Source of the DNA: Ascidiella aspersa | Taxonomy: Eukaryota | Direction of reading: 5' to 3' | NCBI GenBank assembly: GCA_963924565.1 | Contig: OZ004607.1 | Span: 13,764,001-13,828,000 of the forward strand | Length of the DNA: 64,000 bases | Part shown: positions 1-14,300 of the stretch, piece by piece | Position numbering within the stretch: the first letter of the stretch is position 1 | Layout: each line of letters starts with the position of its first letter | Notes under the pieces: model-generated | Database searches by the model: none | Told to the model about the DNA's origin: nothing | What the model saw: only the letters and a program-made list of their open reading frames with translations | Position numbers and translations under genes: made by a program

Positions 1-166
1 TTTAACAAACTTGCTTTATATTACGATATAAATATGTTTACGAGATTAAACACATATCTTTATATGAACTGTTGGTACCAGGACTAATGTCAAACAAATT
101 AGCCCCTTTAGTCATTTTTTTGTTCTCCAATGTGTTGACGACCTACACAAGTAGCCTAAAATATAC

Positions 167-343
167 CAGAAAAATTTGAAGAATGTATCTTGCTTGGCTT
201 GCAGTCCTGACGTTCCGATGGTGGATGGTGGGGGCTCCGGTACTGGCGGTCGTTTTGTTCGTGGCGGTTGGACTTGCAGTTGTCCGGATACGAGCTCGTA
301 ACAAGGGAGCAGTGCTGATGATCGACGACGGTGGGTATTTCAC
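167..343 (-). CDS. Probable internal coding exon of an unidentified minus-strand gene running off the left edge
   Basis: ctacag acceptor at 344-345 and gtatat donor at 165-166; 177-nt phase 1-1 open frame GEIPTVVDHQHCSLVTSSYPDNCKSNRHEQNDRQYRSPHHPPSERQ...; more GC-rich than flanks. Confidence 0.35.
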
Positions 344-3122
344 CTGTAGTGTAAGAAAGCAGGCGAATACGGAAATTTTATTAACGAGTAGTAAAAATGT
401 GTTAAAAGAAGCAAGGTTTTCAAAGGTAGCTATGTTTAGAGGGTTTTTTGATAAAGTGTGGTCGTTTCAATATAGTTCGTATACATAACAAGCATTTATC
501 TAAGTTATTTTAAACGGGGAGCTTATGTGTCCCCCCATGCCACCTCTCACGATCAACTTTCACCTTTCTGTACCAAAGAATTAAACGAGCATCAACAGTT
601 AAAATAGTCGTCAAATATCGTCAAACGTCCTATTCATCAACCGACAATCAACGAACAACTACATGCGCGTAATTGTTTCTGAACCGAGGCGGATTTCTGA
701 AAAACAACCCAAGCCAAAGCATTTACTGTATTAAACATGATTGATTGCAATGTCTTAAATAAACACGACTGACTATAGTTGCAGTATAGGACAATTAGAC
801 TATTTAACTGATCATTTCCACAGAGTTTCTTCTGGCTGTTGAAGGAGCACCAACCACATAGCAACAAGAAGGCGCTTAGTTGACTGCCGTAATACTTAGT
901 CACTCAGCTGAATGATCGCATTTATTAGAAAGCTTCCGGTGATGCAGACTTCTTGTGTTTACTATTTTACATCTGCATTAAGTTCAAATTGTTTGAGTGC
1001 CATGTTGCTTATGTGCGTTAACTGTCCTTGCTTTTTGTCTTTATATTTTTTTGTTGACACTGTAGGACTACTTTAAGTTACACTGACCACTGCCATTGTA
1101 GCATAGACCACTCCTTTGACCTTGAGACTGTAAAGTCGAAACAGGGGTGGACAAGGTCATTTTTTTTGTTTGAAGTTGCAATATACGTTCACGTGAAAAG
1201 TTCCACAAATATCGCGAAACACTGATTTTTCGTTAAATCGTAAATTATTATAGTTAACTTTCAATTTCGCACCATTTTATGTAGTTACAGAATTATATTC
1301 AAATCGTTTAGTTTCCATAACCGATAAAACAGAAAGATACGCGTACTTTATTTGTTGCTTTTATTTGTTGCTTTTTTATTTATACTGGGTTCGGTTTTTG
1401 TGAAATAAATTTCTTTAATAAAATTTTAAATGTGTCCCTACCAAAACTAAATGGACTTTGACCACCATATTAAAATTCGCGTTCTTTAAGCAACCACTGG
1501 TTTAGGAAATTTCGTATAAAAGCACTAACTAACCAACCGAAAAATTATGGATCAAGGAAAATATTTCCAATGGCTCCCTGGACAATTTACGGCCTATACT
1601 TAATTGTTAATTGTTTAATTGTTTTAATTGTTCTGCAAAAATTATTGTTTGAGTCACCACTATAGCCTATTACTCATTTACCCAATACAGGCGTGGAAAA
1701 TATTTCTATTTTATACTATTTTACTATTCATTGAGGAGATGTCGGGATGCCCTAGTAATAAAGATACATGGCTGGTAAGAAATAAATATTTATTTTATAT
1801 TTACATGGCTGGTAAGAAATAAATATTATAAGAATATTTCTTTACTGGGTTTTACCGGAACGCTGTTCCAGTTTGCTTTTCAACACTGCGATAACAATTT
1901 TGAACACCCTAACAGCGCCACACTACGGATTAACTTATCATCCGCGATCAAACTTAGTCAATAACATGGCCGCATTACAAATACCGCCACACCTTAATCT
2001 GTTGGTGTAAACTTGAGTTTTGCCATACAAACGTACAATTGCTTAGCCGCACTAGTAGTGTTAGCTTTTTAAATGAGTTTTCTAAAATGTACGATTTACA
2101 GTGTCTTTTTCGGTTCCCACTTAATTGCTACTGCAAGCGCACCTCGGACTCTCAGGTATACCGACTACAGCCAAATATATCAATTCTCCCAGTGCCGAAA
2201 CTTGGTGAGTTTGGGACGTAGAGCAAACCCCACTAGGTTATGTAACCCCTTAATATTTTTAAGTTACCTCACTTTTTCACCACAAAAAACATTTTTTCTG
2301 TTTTAACCATGTTACAGTAAAATTTAAAAAATAATAATTCAGCGGCTATAGCCAAATAAGATTTTAAAGTGTTCTGACGATCCACCGATAAACGGGAACA
2401 CACAATAAGACCTAAAAAGCAACAATATCTTAAGCAGAAAAATCTATAAAACCATAATATTAGGACCAATTCGACTCTTCCATTTAGGTCTAATTCCGAC
2501 GGATTTAGGACGTATTCCGATTTAGACAGTAATACGACCATTAGATATTAGCCCTATTTTGGTGTTATTCCGAACTGTGTTTTATTCCGACGTTGATGTA
2601 ATTCTTACCTATCTCGGTCTTATGGCTGGAGTCCGCACAAACTATTAAAATGTAAGTACTTAACTTGCCACTAGTTCGACGTGTCTTGATTTTTCACTCA
2701 CATATTTCTCTTTTATTTTTTAACGATTTCTAATATAGAAAGTTTTTCGTTCTGAAAATACCTGTATTGCAATGTTTTACCAGCTATAGCTACCGGTACT
2801 GACAACAGTCTGCATTTCATGACACTTTTCGCCCAGATGTCAGGTGTGCAAATGTTCAATCAAGGATATGAGCACAGGTGATGTTTGCAGCCCTGCTATA
2901 TCGCTGTGCAATTGTTAACTTTGCATTACGGCCCACGTTTATCAATGTTTCATTCTTATGACCGCTAACGTTATTCTTGTGGAGAAGTACTGGGTTGCTA
3001 CGCAAATAAAATAATGCGTATCAATGAGCAAAAAATATATGCGTGTAATTTCCCTGTGATGTACGTCATTTATAGAAGATCTCTATGCCATTTCATAAAA
3101 ATCAGTAGACAATACCCTATAA

Positions 3123-3684
3123 CAGGGATGGCGAACCACTGTCCCGCGAAGTGACCCACCACAGATTTTTCATGACCCACTTGTCTCTCTCAAAAGGATG
3201 AATCTAAACAGCAATTCTTTTTTACAGGACTACACACTTTAAATCAGGGCAGCCCAATCTTTGAGTCGTGTAAAAGTGTTTTAGGGGTTATAAGTAGGCC
3301 TACATCATTAAGAAAACTAAAAGCATTTTGTTTATCACTGTAAAACGTTAAGGGTGGCGATTCTTTAAGAAGGGTAATGAAGAGCTTGCAGACTAAAAAT
3401 TCTGAAAACCCAGGTTAAGTCATGCTGACTGCTAAACTCCTGCAATCCCCCCAAAATGCTGCAACATTTGTTGACTATTTAGGTTCTTAATATTCGTGGG
3501 AATCCGAATTTGGAAATCGTCCAAAAACCTTTAACTACCAACCCAGGCAATAGCACTTAAAACGACGCAGCAGCAAAGTTTCGCATAAAATAAAAATATA
3601 ATTAAATATATGACCTATTTGTGCATTTTGTAAGGATTAAGGTCGTGTTTGTTACCCGGACGATAAAAATGTTCGCCATCCCTG
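3123..3684. mobile_element. hAT-like MITE
   Basis: 14-bp TIR CAGGGATGGCGAAC/GTTCGCCATCCCTG; perfect 8-bp TSD CCCTATAA. Confidence 0.85.
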
Positions 3685-3822
3685 CCCTATAAGAACTCTA
3701 TAACTCCACAACTAAAGGTAACGCATGATTAGCATTATGACACGCATGGCTAACTTTGGGTGGTGTTAGTGTAATAAGCTTTATAAATTGTGTTTGCAAG
3801 TAGATTTTGTTTGAGCTACAAA

Positions 3823-6800
3823 ATGGAAAATACAACATCCTCCGAAGATGAAACACCTGAAGCAGTATCGTTTACGCAGAGCAAAAGTAACGCACTACAA
3901 AAACTTGAAATGATAAATGCGTCACTAAAGAAGTAAGATTTGTTGATAATAACATGTGCACTAACATTTTGTCATGAACTCTTTCGAAAAGTGTGGCAGA
4001 TCTTGCGGATACACAGCCGAAAATGTTGGGGTGGCTGGGTGCACAAAAAGTCGTAAGTGTACCCCGTTAGTGTAACATATAGTGTTACATATATTGTGGT
4101 ACACACATTCTATTTTCAATATATAAAAGAATGGAAATTTTAAGTTTGATAAACAGTTGCATGAGGCGAAATCACAGTGACTTTTTGTGTTGCTCACAAT
4201 CACTATTTATAGGTATAGGTAATACCTGACATAGATAAAATGTCATCCTGCATCGATAGGATGGTACCTTTAAAAACATTCATGGGTTAGAAACAAGCTT
4301 TGAAAATCATACACTGAAAACCTGGGGAATAAAACTTACTAAACCTTACGCCACCCAAACTCATATGCTACCACTCTTCCTAACCCAAATATTTTGTAGT
4401 GGTGTAATAATTGTTTAACCACTTGAAAATTCTATAATGGGGTGGGCATAAATTTACTTTTTATTAGAAACAGGGTTTAAAACAGAGCTGCCATTGGGCA
4501 CACAAACAAATTGCTCCTGCTAGACACATTGATTTAAACATTGTGTTATTTTGTTTCAAAAGATTTGACGATACACAATACAACGGCCATATTACAAAAA
4601 CATTATAGATTCGCGCAAAAAAGGTTGCCCCCTGCTGCAAACCTGTTGTCATATGTAAAATATGGATAAAAAATAGTTTGAACGGGGGATGACTTATCGT
4701 TTATCTATAAGTTAGAAAAATTGTAATTAATTAGGGCCGTCAACATTCGATGATATGAAAACATGCAATGGCACACAAAGAGACTTTGTGCTAAAACATA
4801 GTGAAGAAAAGCAGAAAAACTTTGGGCAGTTTTAATGTTAAACATGGATAAAACAGAGTTTGTAGCCTACAGCGCTGTAAGAGTGGTGCAAAACCCAAAC
4901 GAAACCATTAAAACAATTGCAAAATATTTAAATATTAACTTGGAGCTCGCGATCACAAAGGATCACTAACAAAGTTTTTTCTCCATTACAATAACAAAGA
5001 AACAAATATTGAAGTGATATTGCTAGATTGAAGCAAAGCTGACTTTCAGTTCGTCGGCCAAAAAAGCGGAACTCGCGGGCCAAGGGCCTGCGGTTGGACC
5101 ACACTGTTTTAGAACATTAAAAATATGTCATTAGTGCGTTGAAACTTAATGGAAGACGAAACCAATGTGTGAGGCATGAAAATATTTAAGAACCGAAAGA
5201 GTTAAAATCAGCAAATAAACAGTTTGAAATTGGGGAATCACTTTTTAAAACAAATCAAAAATTTACTGCATTCTTGCTTTATTTGGTATTGATTTTTAAA
5301 GTGATATGGGTCTGCCATGATGACAAATCCATCGCCATAATTGTGCCCCTGCACAGCAAAAGCACAATATCTTTGTAAACTCAAGAGCTTTTAAGTTTCA
5401 GTCACCCCGACCAGAAAATCTCTTTTATTTAATTCACCCCTACCTAAAGCATACTATTAAGGCATATAAAATTTACATGTAATGCAAAGTTATTGAGTAA
5501 ATTTTAAAAGTGAAATAGGAAAAAACTATTTTGGTGAACTGATCAGCAGTTCAAGTAACACAGCTATCGAGACTAGACGATTTTATTAGCATATTTATTT
5601 CAACAAATTTTATTATTTTTATAGTGATAAAAAGGTTCAAAGGCAAATGATTCAAAGTCGTGAACAGCGTAACATTAAACAAAAGGTAAGAGAAAATGTA
5701 ACAAAGGCCACCTAAATAAATTCAATTGCTATTTTTTGTGTATTTCTTAAAAAGTAAAAGCATTATGTTAAATAAAACAATGAAAAATATGTAGTATTAC
5801 AAATCATAAAAATCTCAAGTTTTGTTACTAAGCAACAATGAATATAATACTTATGAATAGAATATTGCATAAATTGCTGTTTTCTAAGATAAAGTTAATA
5901 ATTTGTGCAATAAAAAATATATTTTTCTCATATTTTACATTTTGTAAACATGATTTTAATTTGGCATTTCTTGCTAAGAAAGTCTATGCATTTATATTAA
6001 GTGCTTTGCAGTGTTGGTAAAACGTTGTTCTACTTGTCCAGTAGTTTTTTAGTAAATACAACTGCTTTATTTGTTTTTTGCAGAAATTAAAAACACTTCC
6101 ATTGGAAATTCTGCAACAAGCTGATAAAATTCTACAAAATAAAAAACAACAAAATATTATTCAGGAAGTTAATCTGTCGATGAGCAATACTTCTAATGAT
6201 GATATACAACATGAAACAAAGTATGTGCATTTTGTAAAATAGTATTTCACCTACCCTGTGAATTTGTAAGGACAGTTTTGGGGTATTACTGTTTGAAAGT
6301 GATAAACCTCTCTTCTGTTTTTTGTTAGCTTATTTTAATAACGGTATACCCTGAACTAAAGGCAGATCATTTTTATCAGGATTTTTGACAGTTTGTTGGG
6401 TGTTTTGCGACTTACCAATACATCTATGCATTTTTTTTTAATTTTACCGTATTTAACTTAGTTATGGTTATCTTAATATTTTAACGTTACCGCCTTTCTG
6501 ATTTATGTTATAATGTACAACTCCTAAATTCTTTAATATTGTCCAAACTGAAATGTTGTTGACATCTGGCTTTAGTTATATTCTGTCGTTTTATTTGTTT
6601 AAAGCAAAGCAGGACAAAAACAGTTCGTTCCCATCGGACGTTTTTGCAAAACCTCGAAAACAACGGATTCCGTTCTTCAATTTAAATCTACCCACCTCTA
6701 TAACGGACGAATAAGACGTGTTTCTTCGAAACAACATACTAGGTTGAAGCGCAAACGACTAGTAAAAGGTTTTTAAAAACTACAATTTTTTGTTTTATGG

Positions 6801-6863
6801 AAAGGTATTCACTCTGAAACGTACTAACTGCTTTAACTGCCAGGCATGCATGGACAAAGATGA
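3823..6863 (+). CDS. NOL7: Nucleolar protein 7-like (NUC129 family, U3 snoRNP-associated); exons 3823-3932, 5625-5685, 6084-6220, 6605-6768, 6844-6863 (or unspliced stop at 6776)
   Basis: Phase-consistent GT-AG exons give MENTTSSEDETPEAVSF...REQRNIKQKKLKTLPLEILQQ...FKSTHLYNGRIRRVSSKQ, resembling NOL7 motifs DEAPEELTF / QKKRKLLPDTILE / FIHNSLYG; TACTAAC branch point before the last acceptor. Confidence 0.65.
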
Positions 6864-8547
6864 GAAAACATAAAGAGTGACAACGAGGATACAACTATCT
6901 TATTCTTCCAAAGAGGGGTGGAGAAAAGTGTTATTGTTGGCAATTCTACCGCGACTGCACCACTGTTTCTTTGCTATGTTATTTGATGTTACCAGTTTAA
7001 TTAAAATTGCTGAACAAGTCGGTGTTTGTTTTATGTGTCACAATATTTTGCTGATTTTCGTCGCCCTGACGCAGTCTGCATTGGCTGTCACTAGAATCAC
7101 ATTTCTGAAATTCCTACGCTGCAATAAATAGACATCAGATTACAGGGGGTGTGTTTTTCTGGACACCCTGATTGACGAGGCCTGTCCTAAGGAATCAGAG
7201 CTAATCAAAGAACCTTTCGACCGCTATCCCGCAATTATGGATTTTTCCTGACGTTGATCTGTCCCTCCTCAGTTGCCCTCCAGACGGCGAATCAAGAGAT
7301 AAATTTGCAATATATTTCAATGACTCGCTAAGATCTACGCATCGTCGGATACTGATTTGTTTTACCGTTTCTTATTTTCAGTTACATTGACCTAAAGGAG
7401 GCACGGATCTAGGATTTTTATTGGGGTAGGGCATAAACATTTTCATAAGATGGCGGCTCAAAGTTAAGTCATAACGTGACGTCACAAAGAAGTTATCTTA
7501 AGAACACTACACAATTCGTTTTTGTTGAAGTTTTAGGATGGAGAGGTGTTGCTTAAATACAAAAGCTATCTTACAAATATGTTACCGATTCACACAAAGC
7601 GATGCTAAATAAAAATAACAAAAAAATGTCCTTGTTCACCCAACTCTTCACGTTCGTAAACACCACTTTTTTAACCGTTTTAAGATCTTGTTCATCAAAA
7701 AGCCGCATACACATTGTAGCACATGTTGAGCTGTATGAAATGATATTTTCTATAATGGCAATAAATATAAAGACTTCACACCGACGATCTGCAACTCACT
7801 TAAATGCAATATGTAATTGCGTCACTTTTAAGTTGCTATATAGGAATGTCCGATGTTTGACATTTTATTCCGATACCCGATATTTCTGACAAAAAGTTAG
7901 GAAGTCTAGCTACCTTTAGTTGTTGATAAGGAACGGAACCGAAAATCGTGATTGAAATTCCTATATTAATTTGGTTTTGGATCTGTACCGACACCAACCC
8001 AGTAGCAAATTTGACGAGTACCGATACTACCACTAGGCATCGAGTATTCGCTCCGATCCGATATTATCGGACACATAAGCTGATTTACGTAATAATCCGT
8101 GTGCAACCTACCGCCTGCATAAACGTCTAGCCAAACTGTTAAAAAAATGATTCAATAACATGTCATTATTTAATTACATAACTGTTTATCGGAGAGATAT
8201 AAAGGGAGTCAATTTACTCCTTGTCAATTTTATCTGTCTTAATACAATTTTTGTATCTTTCACAAGAATCTTTTACAACCAAAGCACAACGAAAGCAAAA
8301 TGAGGCACTAAGAGTTGTGTTAACTTAAATTTAGGCCTACAAATTTTACTTGTTTTTTTTTACAATTTTGAGCGCATTTAATTAATGAAAGCTGTGCTAT
8401 CTTTACTAGGTAACCCAAATATATTTTTGCTTTGATGAATGTTATTTTGGTCGCAAAAAAGTTGGTATCAAACACCCTGGCGCGAATATTAATTATTTTT
8501 CTAGTGGCGATAAAATCATGGCTTATACCTGGTCACGTTTTCTAGGT

Positions 8548-8780
8548 CAGTGTTTCTTAATCAGGTGAATAAAATTTTTGTCAGGGTGAACCAACCAAAA
8601 AGAGTGAATAAGTGTGAACCGTCAGAAACGGATGATAGCTTGCAAGCATGGCGAATTTTCCGGATGTTCAACCTGTTCAGTACACAGGTGAGAATTTGCT
8701 AAAACAAAGTTTTTTCACAAGGGTGAATGAAATCTGGAGATAGATTCTAGGGGTGGACAAAACGAAAAAAATTATCACTG
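8548..8780. mobile_element. hAT-like MITE
   Basis: CAGTG...CACTG ends with perfect 8-bp TSD TTCTAGGT. Confidence 0.7.
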
Positions 8781-9720
8781 TTCTAGGTCGTCATATTGCC
8801 ATTGGAACCGAAGGTTTTCCAATTTATTATAATCACCTTTTTCAACTATTTGAAGCAGATTCTTAGATGTAGCTAGAAAAGGCAAATGAAAGGTATTACG
8901 CATTTAGTTGCCATGAAAAATCTACCTATTGAAGGTAGATTTTTCTGCATCCGTAGCTACAAACGACCACGCACGATCAACATCACCACAAAAAAAATTA
9001 GTCGGATATTAGCTCCGTGTAAAAAAAATGTACGCATTCAAAAGTAACGCGAAGTTTATTTCGCGGAAAAACATCAACGCACAGTGGATTACGACGACGC
9101 GTCCATGTTTTTGGCAGGGCTTGCGTAAATTAAGCCAAAACTGAGCGGCAATTAACAGCCATGGCAGGGGCGACGGATATCGTCATCAAGGCATTCCGGT
9201 GATCAGCTACAGCACCACCACAACTGGTTGCAAAAATCCCTGCTCTTAAAAGGGATTGGACTGCAAATATTGCACGATGAAAAAAATAGTTACGTTTGTG
9301 ACGGTTTGCCAGAGAAAGTACGATGTTTCAGGGAAAAAGAAAACAATATAAACAAATCTTTACAAAACGAATGAGGCGTCACAGGGTTGTACAATATCAC
9401 TCCAATCTGTAACTCGTCTTTACACGTTAAATTTGGTAACACAAAGGTACGGAAAGGGGGCAGCACTATACGGGCAAGTTTTGCATTGAAACTGTAATCT
9501 ACTGGATTTGTATGAACGGGACAAGACATTCTACAAGCCTTTTGTAATTCTGTGTAATTTAATTTAAGCATGATCATAGTATGACAGCAAAGCCGGTATA
9601 TATATTCTTCTGCAAAAGCTAATAGCCGGTTGTGAGCACAGTAACGTAACGTATCAATTGCTCTCGGCTCAGCAATCCAATATTGATTGTGATAGGATGG
9701 CAGCGCAATAGATCTACAAC

Positions 9721-9900
9721 TAGGAATGTCCGCTACTGTGTGGGTTTGAGTGCAGATACGATGTTTAACTAAACCGTTATTGCTTGTTAGGAAGTAACCG
9801 AATAGCTAAGAGCTAAACCACTTGATATTTCATATAGGTGTTAAGGTCACGTTAACTATGTTTGGGAATAGAAATGAAATAAAAGCATCGGACATCCCTA
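9721..9900. mobile_element. TAGGGATGTCCGA-family MITE (relatives at ~7840-8075, 31579-31955, 41131-41515, ~44710-45100)
   Basis: TIRs TAGGAATGTCCG/CGGACATCCCTA; relatives carry repeated CCGATA/TATCGG subterminal motifs. Confidence 0.55.
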
Positions 9901-10782
9901 TATGCAGTTTTGCGGGAGAAGATACGGGCAATTTGAAAGAAAAGCATAAAACCTTAAAACACCAAACAATATTTACTAAAGTACTCAGCAAGGAAAAACA
10001 AAAGCAAAACGCGATAGTTACAAAACCTTAGACTCCAAGGTCTAAGGCTTTAGAGGAAGCGGGATGAAAAGCCTCTTTAAAGAAATACTCAATCTTGTAG
10101 CCTTCTCCGACACTTCATCGTAAGGTGGGTGCGCACAGCTTTTTTAAGTAGTTTTTTTGCTGTGTCGCGAGTTTGAGCATTGTCCAACGTCTGGCGCTAA
10201 ATCAAATAAATATATCTAATAACTTGCGATCTTGGCATTGGTTAATTTTCCCAAAAATACCTTTTGCGCACAACTAAGCAAACCAATATGCCACATGCTT
10301 TATTTTCGCATGGCAACTAAAACCAATTTACTTAAAAACAAGGTTAGGTTTTGGGCTGTTACATTTATTCTGTCCGTGAACATCCATACAAATCTAATAG
10401 AACTGGGCTACTTCGGACATTTTTTTTTAAATCAAGGTTTGAAGCTCAATTGAAAAAAGTTTAGCGTTAAAACTAAGTTGGAAACATACATACGTTTACA
10501 ATTTGACTACAGGGTAGCCTGTATCTGTACGTTAAAGTTTGAACTACAGGCCGTGTTAGCACGTTTTTATTAGTTTCCCGGTGAATTTACGATAAACGAA
10601 TAAAAATCTGCGTTGCACGTGAGGTGATACGTAATGTAGTCCGTAATGCGTACGATTGACTACGTGGGTGCATTTCAGTATCCCATACAGACGAGTTTTA
10701 GTTCATACAGACTAGCTTTAATAGTGTAAGTGGTAAGCTGAAGGAACAGGTTAGCTACAACAGTAGTAAACAGTCTCTATAT

Positions 10783-11117
10783 CAGTGGGTTCTTCATCTG
10801 GTATCTATCGACCTCTTGGGGGTCCGTCGAACACTGTTAGGGGGTCCATGAGAGCTGAGTTAAAATCGTAGTATATTATTTAAAAATGGAATAATTTACA
10901 AAAAAAGGAGTTTTAACAGTAAAAAAGTTTTGTCACCTTCTCTTCGGGTGTATTTGGATTTTAATTCAGTTTTATCATATTTGTTTGATCGAAAACAACG
11001 GGTTTCTTAGGTTAACTTGTTTTTTGACCTCATCTCTAAAACATTTTATGGCGAACCTGGTCCGTGCAAACTAAAAACATTTTTAGGGGTCCGTGTTAAA
11101 TAAAGTTAGAACCCCTG
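10783..11117. mobile_element. hAT/Charlie-like MITE
   Basis: CAGTGGGTTCT...AGAACCCCTG ends, internal GGGGTCCG motifs, degenerate TSD CTCTATAT/CACTATAG. Confidence 0.6.
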
Positions 11118-11376
11118 CACTATAGTGTAAGCAATTTCCACCCAATTTACTGAAACGCATATTAGGTATAAAAACTCTTTTTATAGTTTAACGTTTTTCA
11201 ACCAATGGCGTTACATTACTTGGACAGGCTAAAATACCATTAGTTATTTAACATAAACTAGGGGGCGCGATAATTGGTTTGTAGCCAAAAGGGTACAGTG
11301 AGTAAAAAAGGTCTATGTTCATGCTTGCATTGTTGCATTAAAGTTGTGTTCATAGTGTTATACAGTGTACACGTAC

Positions 11377-14300
11377 CAGTCGACGAGTTCTGGATGACTT
11401 GACTTGTTCGTACTTTGTCATTCGTCTCGGCCTGGATGTCCGTCTCGTATTGACGGATATTGTCGAAGGACATGTCTGTCGAAAGACAAGAGGGCACGTC
11501 GAACGAAAAATCAATTGAAAACACCGAACTTTTGGCTTTACTGTGGCCCTTTGTGTCACAGAGACGTTTACAAACTGTTGTTTAAGCCTGTGAATAGCTG
11601 TTGATGCTACATTTTGAAATCGAAACCACGCGTCAGAGTAACCTATACACCGACCTTAAAGCCACACAAACAAACTACGGCTGTTTGATAACAGTAAAGT
11701 AACTGCAATTCTCCACTTTAAATTTTGTCTGATGTAATAAAAAATCGGCAAGGGCTAATTTCAACAATATAAAATTCTTTAAATTCGCAATAAATCCGAA
11801 AATGACAAACAGTCTGATGTTTTTTCTGTGATGCACACCAAACCATATTTCATAAAGAATTAATTTTTTAACATATTATGTAAAATGATGGCACAGCAAA
11901 ACTATTTGCGACTTAACTAGGGGCACATGGTTTTGAGCGAGGTAAAGTAAATTTGTTGATGGAATGTTTGACATGTTGGGGGGGGGCGCATATTATTTTA
12001 GGATAGGTCAAATCTCTTAAAGCCGTTTTTACGATTGGATACATACTAAAACCTACCTATTTTCTAAAACGTCAGGTATCTGCTGTTTACAGGTAATGGG
12101 GGCAACCCTAATCTGACTTTCAGTCATTAAATAAGGTCATTCAATTTGACACTTGCCGTGTCTGATTTTTTGTTTTGTGGCGAAAACCTTTACAATCAAC
12201 TAAATGATATATCTTTATAGTCAACTAAATGACGTACACACATATTCCATGGTGTTATTTTATTAAAATTTCTCTCGAAAATGTTTACGTAATAGTTTGG
12301 GCGTGTCATGCTCGGACGTCATTAGGTACCGCCCCCTTAAACTATCAAGCACGCACTTAAGCTAAAAAGGCCAACCGTGTGACAGGGCCAAACCCTGTGC
12401 GCGAAACTGTAGACACCCCTTGGGTCTCCGATGGCAGCTCGTCACGATGTGAACTTTATAAGGTCGACCAGCTCAGTAAAGGATGAAATTCGCCGAAAAG
12501 GATACATCTCTTAGGGTCAACTGACTCGATAACCATTTTGTGGTTCTTCGTTGATCCTTTGCCACTGTGTTCGCATTGTAGCAACAAATAAACATTTATT
12601 ATTATTATCTCTTAGCCGGGACAGAGAATAGCCGAGACAAGGTGGTAGTGTTGACCAGTTTGTGACGCACGATCGCTGGCAATCTTGCTGCTTGCTCATA
12701 CGAGAAGTAAAACCTCTGATAACATACTAAGTTTGGCCATGTGGTCTCTAACGCTTTACTTTCTTGCCAATAAAAAGGACGACCCGTGACATAACTATTA
12801 TTATTGTCGTTTGCCCAGTCAGGCTAATACGCGTCACATTTCCGCCAGTCATTTTGCACATATATGATTCGATCGATTATTATGCTTACACGGCAATCGC
12901 GAGTTAAAACTGATAGAACGCCCACTTTCGAGAAATATAAAATCGAATGTCGAGCAGACATTGTACTAGGACCGAAAAATAATAATAAAGCTAAGCTACC
13001 GAAGCCATACCTCATCCAGACTTGACAGTGTATTATCACACAGCTGAAGTGGGGCTTTGCAAAGCTCTTCAAAAAGTAATAAAATAATTTCCATTTGTGA
13101 TATTGCATTTTTGAAATTACAGTTTGGTGTCTAAGCGGCTTGAATAATAGATTAGCTGACGTGCGAGTCACGAGCAACGCGGCAAACGCCGATAAAATGT
13201 GCGACCCTGTGAATTGTTTACGAATACCGTTCTGTTAAATATTTGCTATTGTGTTTCGATTAAACCACCGTCGTAATTGATTTATTGAATGTTTGTTCAG
13301 GCTTGTGCTCATTTTCGAGACTAATTGAAGGATGTGTTGAGAATACAAGGGGCTTATTATTTTGGTGCTGGAGATGTTCAGTTTCACTTTACATCCAATT
13401 TTAGCATACCTTTTTACTTTTTTTATCAAGTCTCCAATGCATTTTGGTGCGATCGACCGAAAACGACATGTTTACATTAAAAATAAGAACAAAAACACAA
13501 GCTATTTAATAGGCTCTAAAAGTAAACTGTTTTCAATAGTATAAGTCATAAAAAAACTGTCGTCGCCGATTAACAGAAAATAAAACCCAACACCCAAGGA
13601 GCCAAGCATCAACAAAAAGCTGTGCGTCTCCTTGCATTCCCACTTTCGCTCGCCAGTGATAAAGTGCAGCTACGCGACGCCGCTCTCGACGTCGGCTCAT
13701 CAACAACGACTATAAACCGGATATAAGGACCAGGTCAATTACCAGCCTACATCGAAAGAATCCCAAAGCGCCTTGTGTCAATGCTGCGAATCTCTTGGGG
13801 TTCCAGAGAGCTCTCGACTGCATTAAGGCTTCAATCAAAGTGGCGCGTGCAGGAGAATGATAGTTTTGCGCATCCTATTTACATACTCGCAAACCACACA
13901 ATTGCTGTCGCAGCCCTTTACGTGGCCACCTTAAACGACAACATTTACATCACATAGGATATGCAGAGTATTCTTTCCTCCATTAACAATAATGGTACAC
14001 AAATTTTGACAACGAATCTTAAAACGTCTGTAAAGACTTTCGTGCGGGCAAGCTAAACTGAAATCGGACCAAATACCAACTGATAATTTGTAAACGTTTT
14101 TTTTTATATGTGTTTTATGTTAACGAATTTATCGCGTTGTTTTAGGGCGGAAAGCACAATACCAGCTTGAAATTGAACAGCATTGATTAAGCGAGGCGGC
14201 GATTGTCGAAAACAAAGAAAAGACTACATAATATAAGCATTTTTAGATTTTCCTAAATGCACTTTTTGATGCTAGCGAACTAGGTTATTATTTAAGTGTT

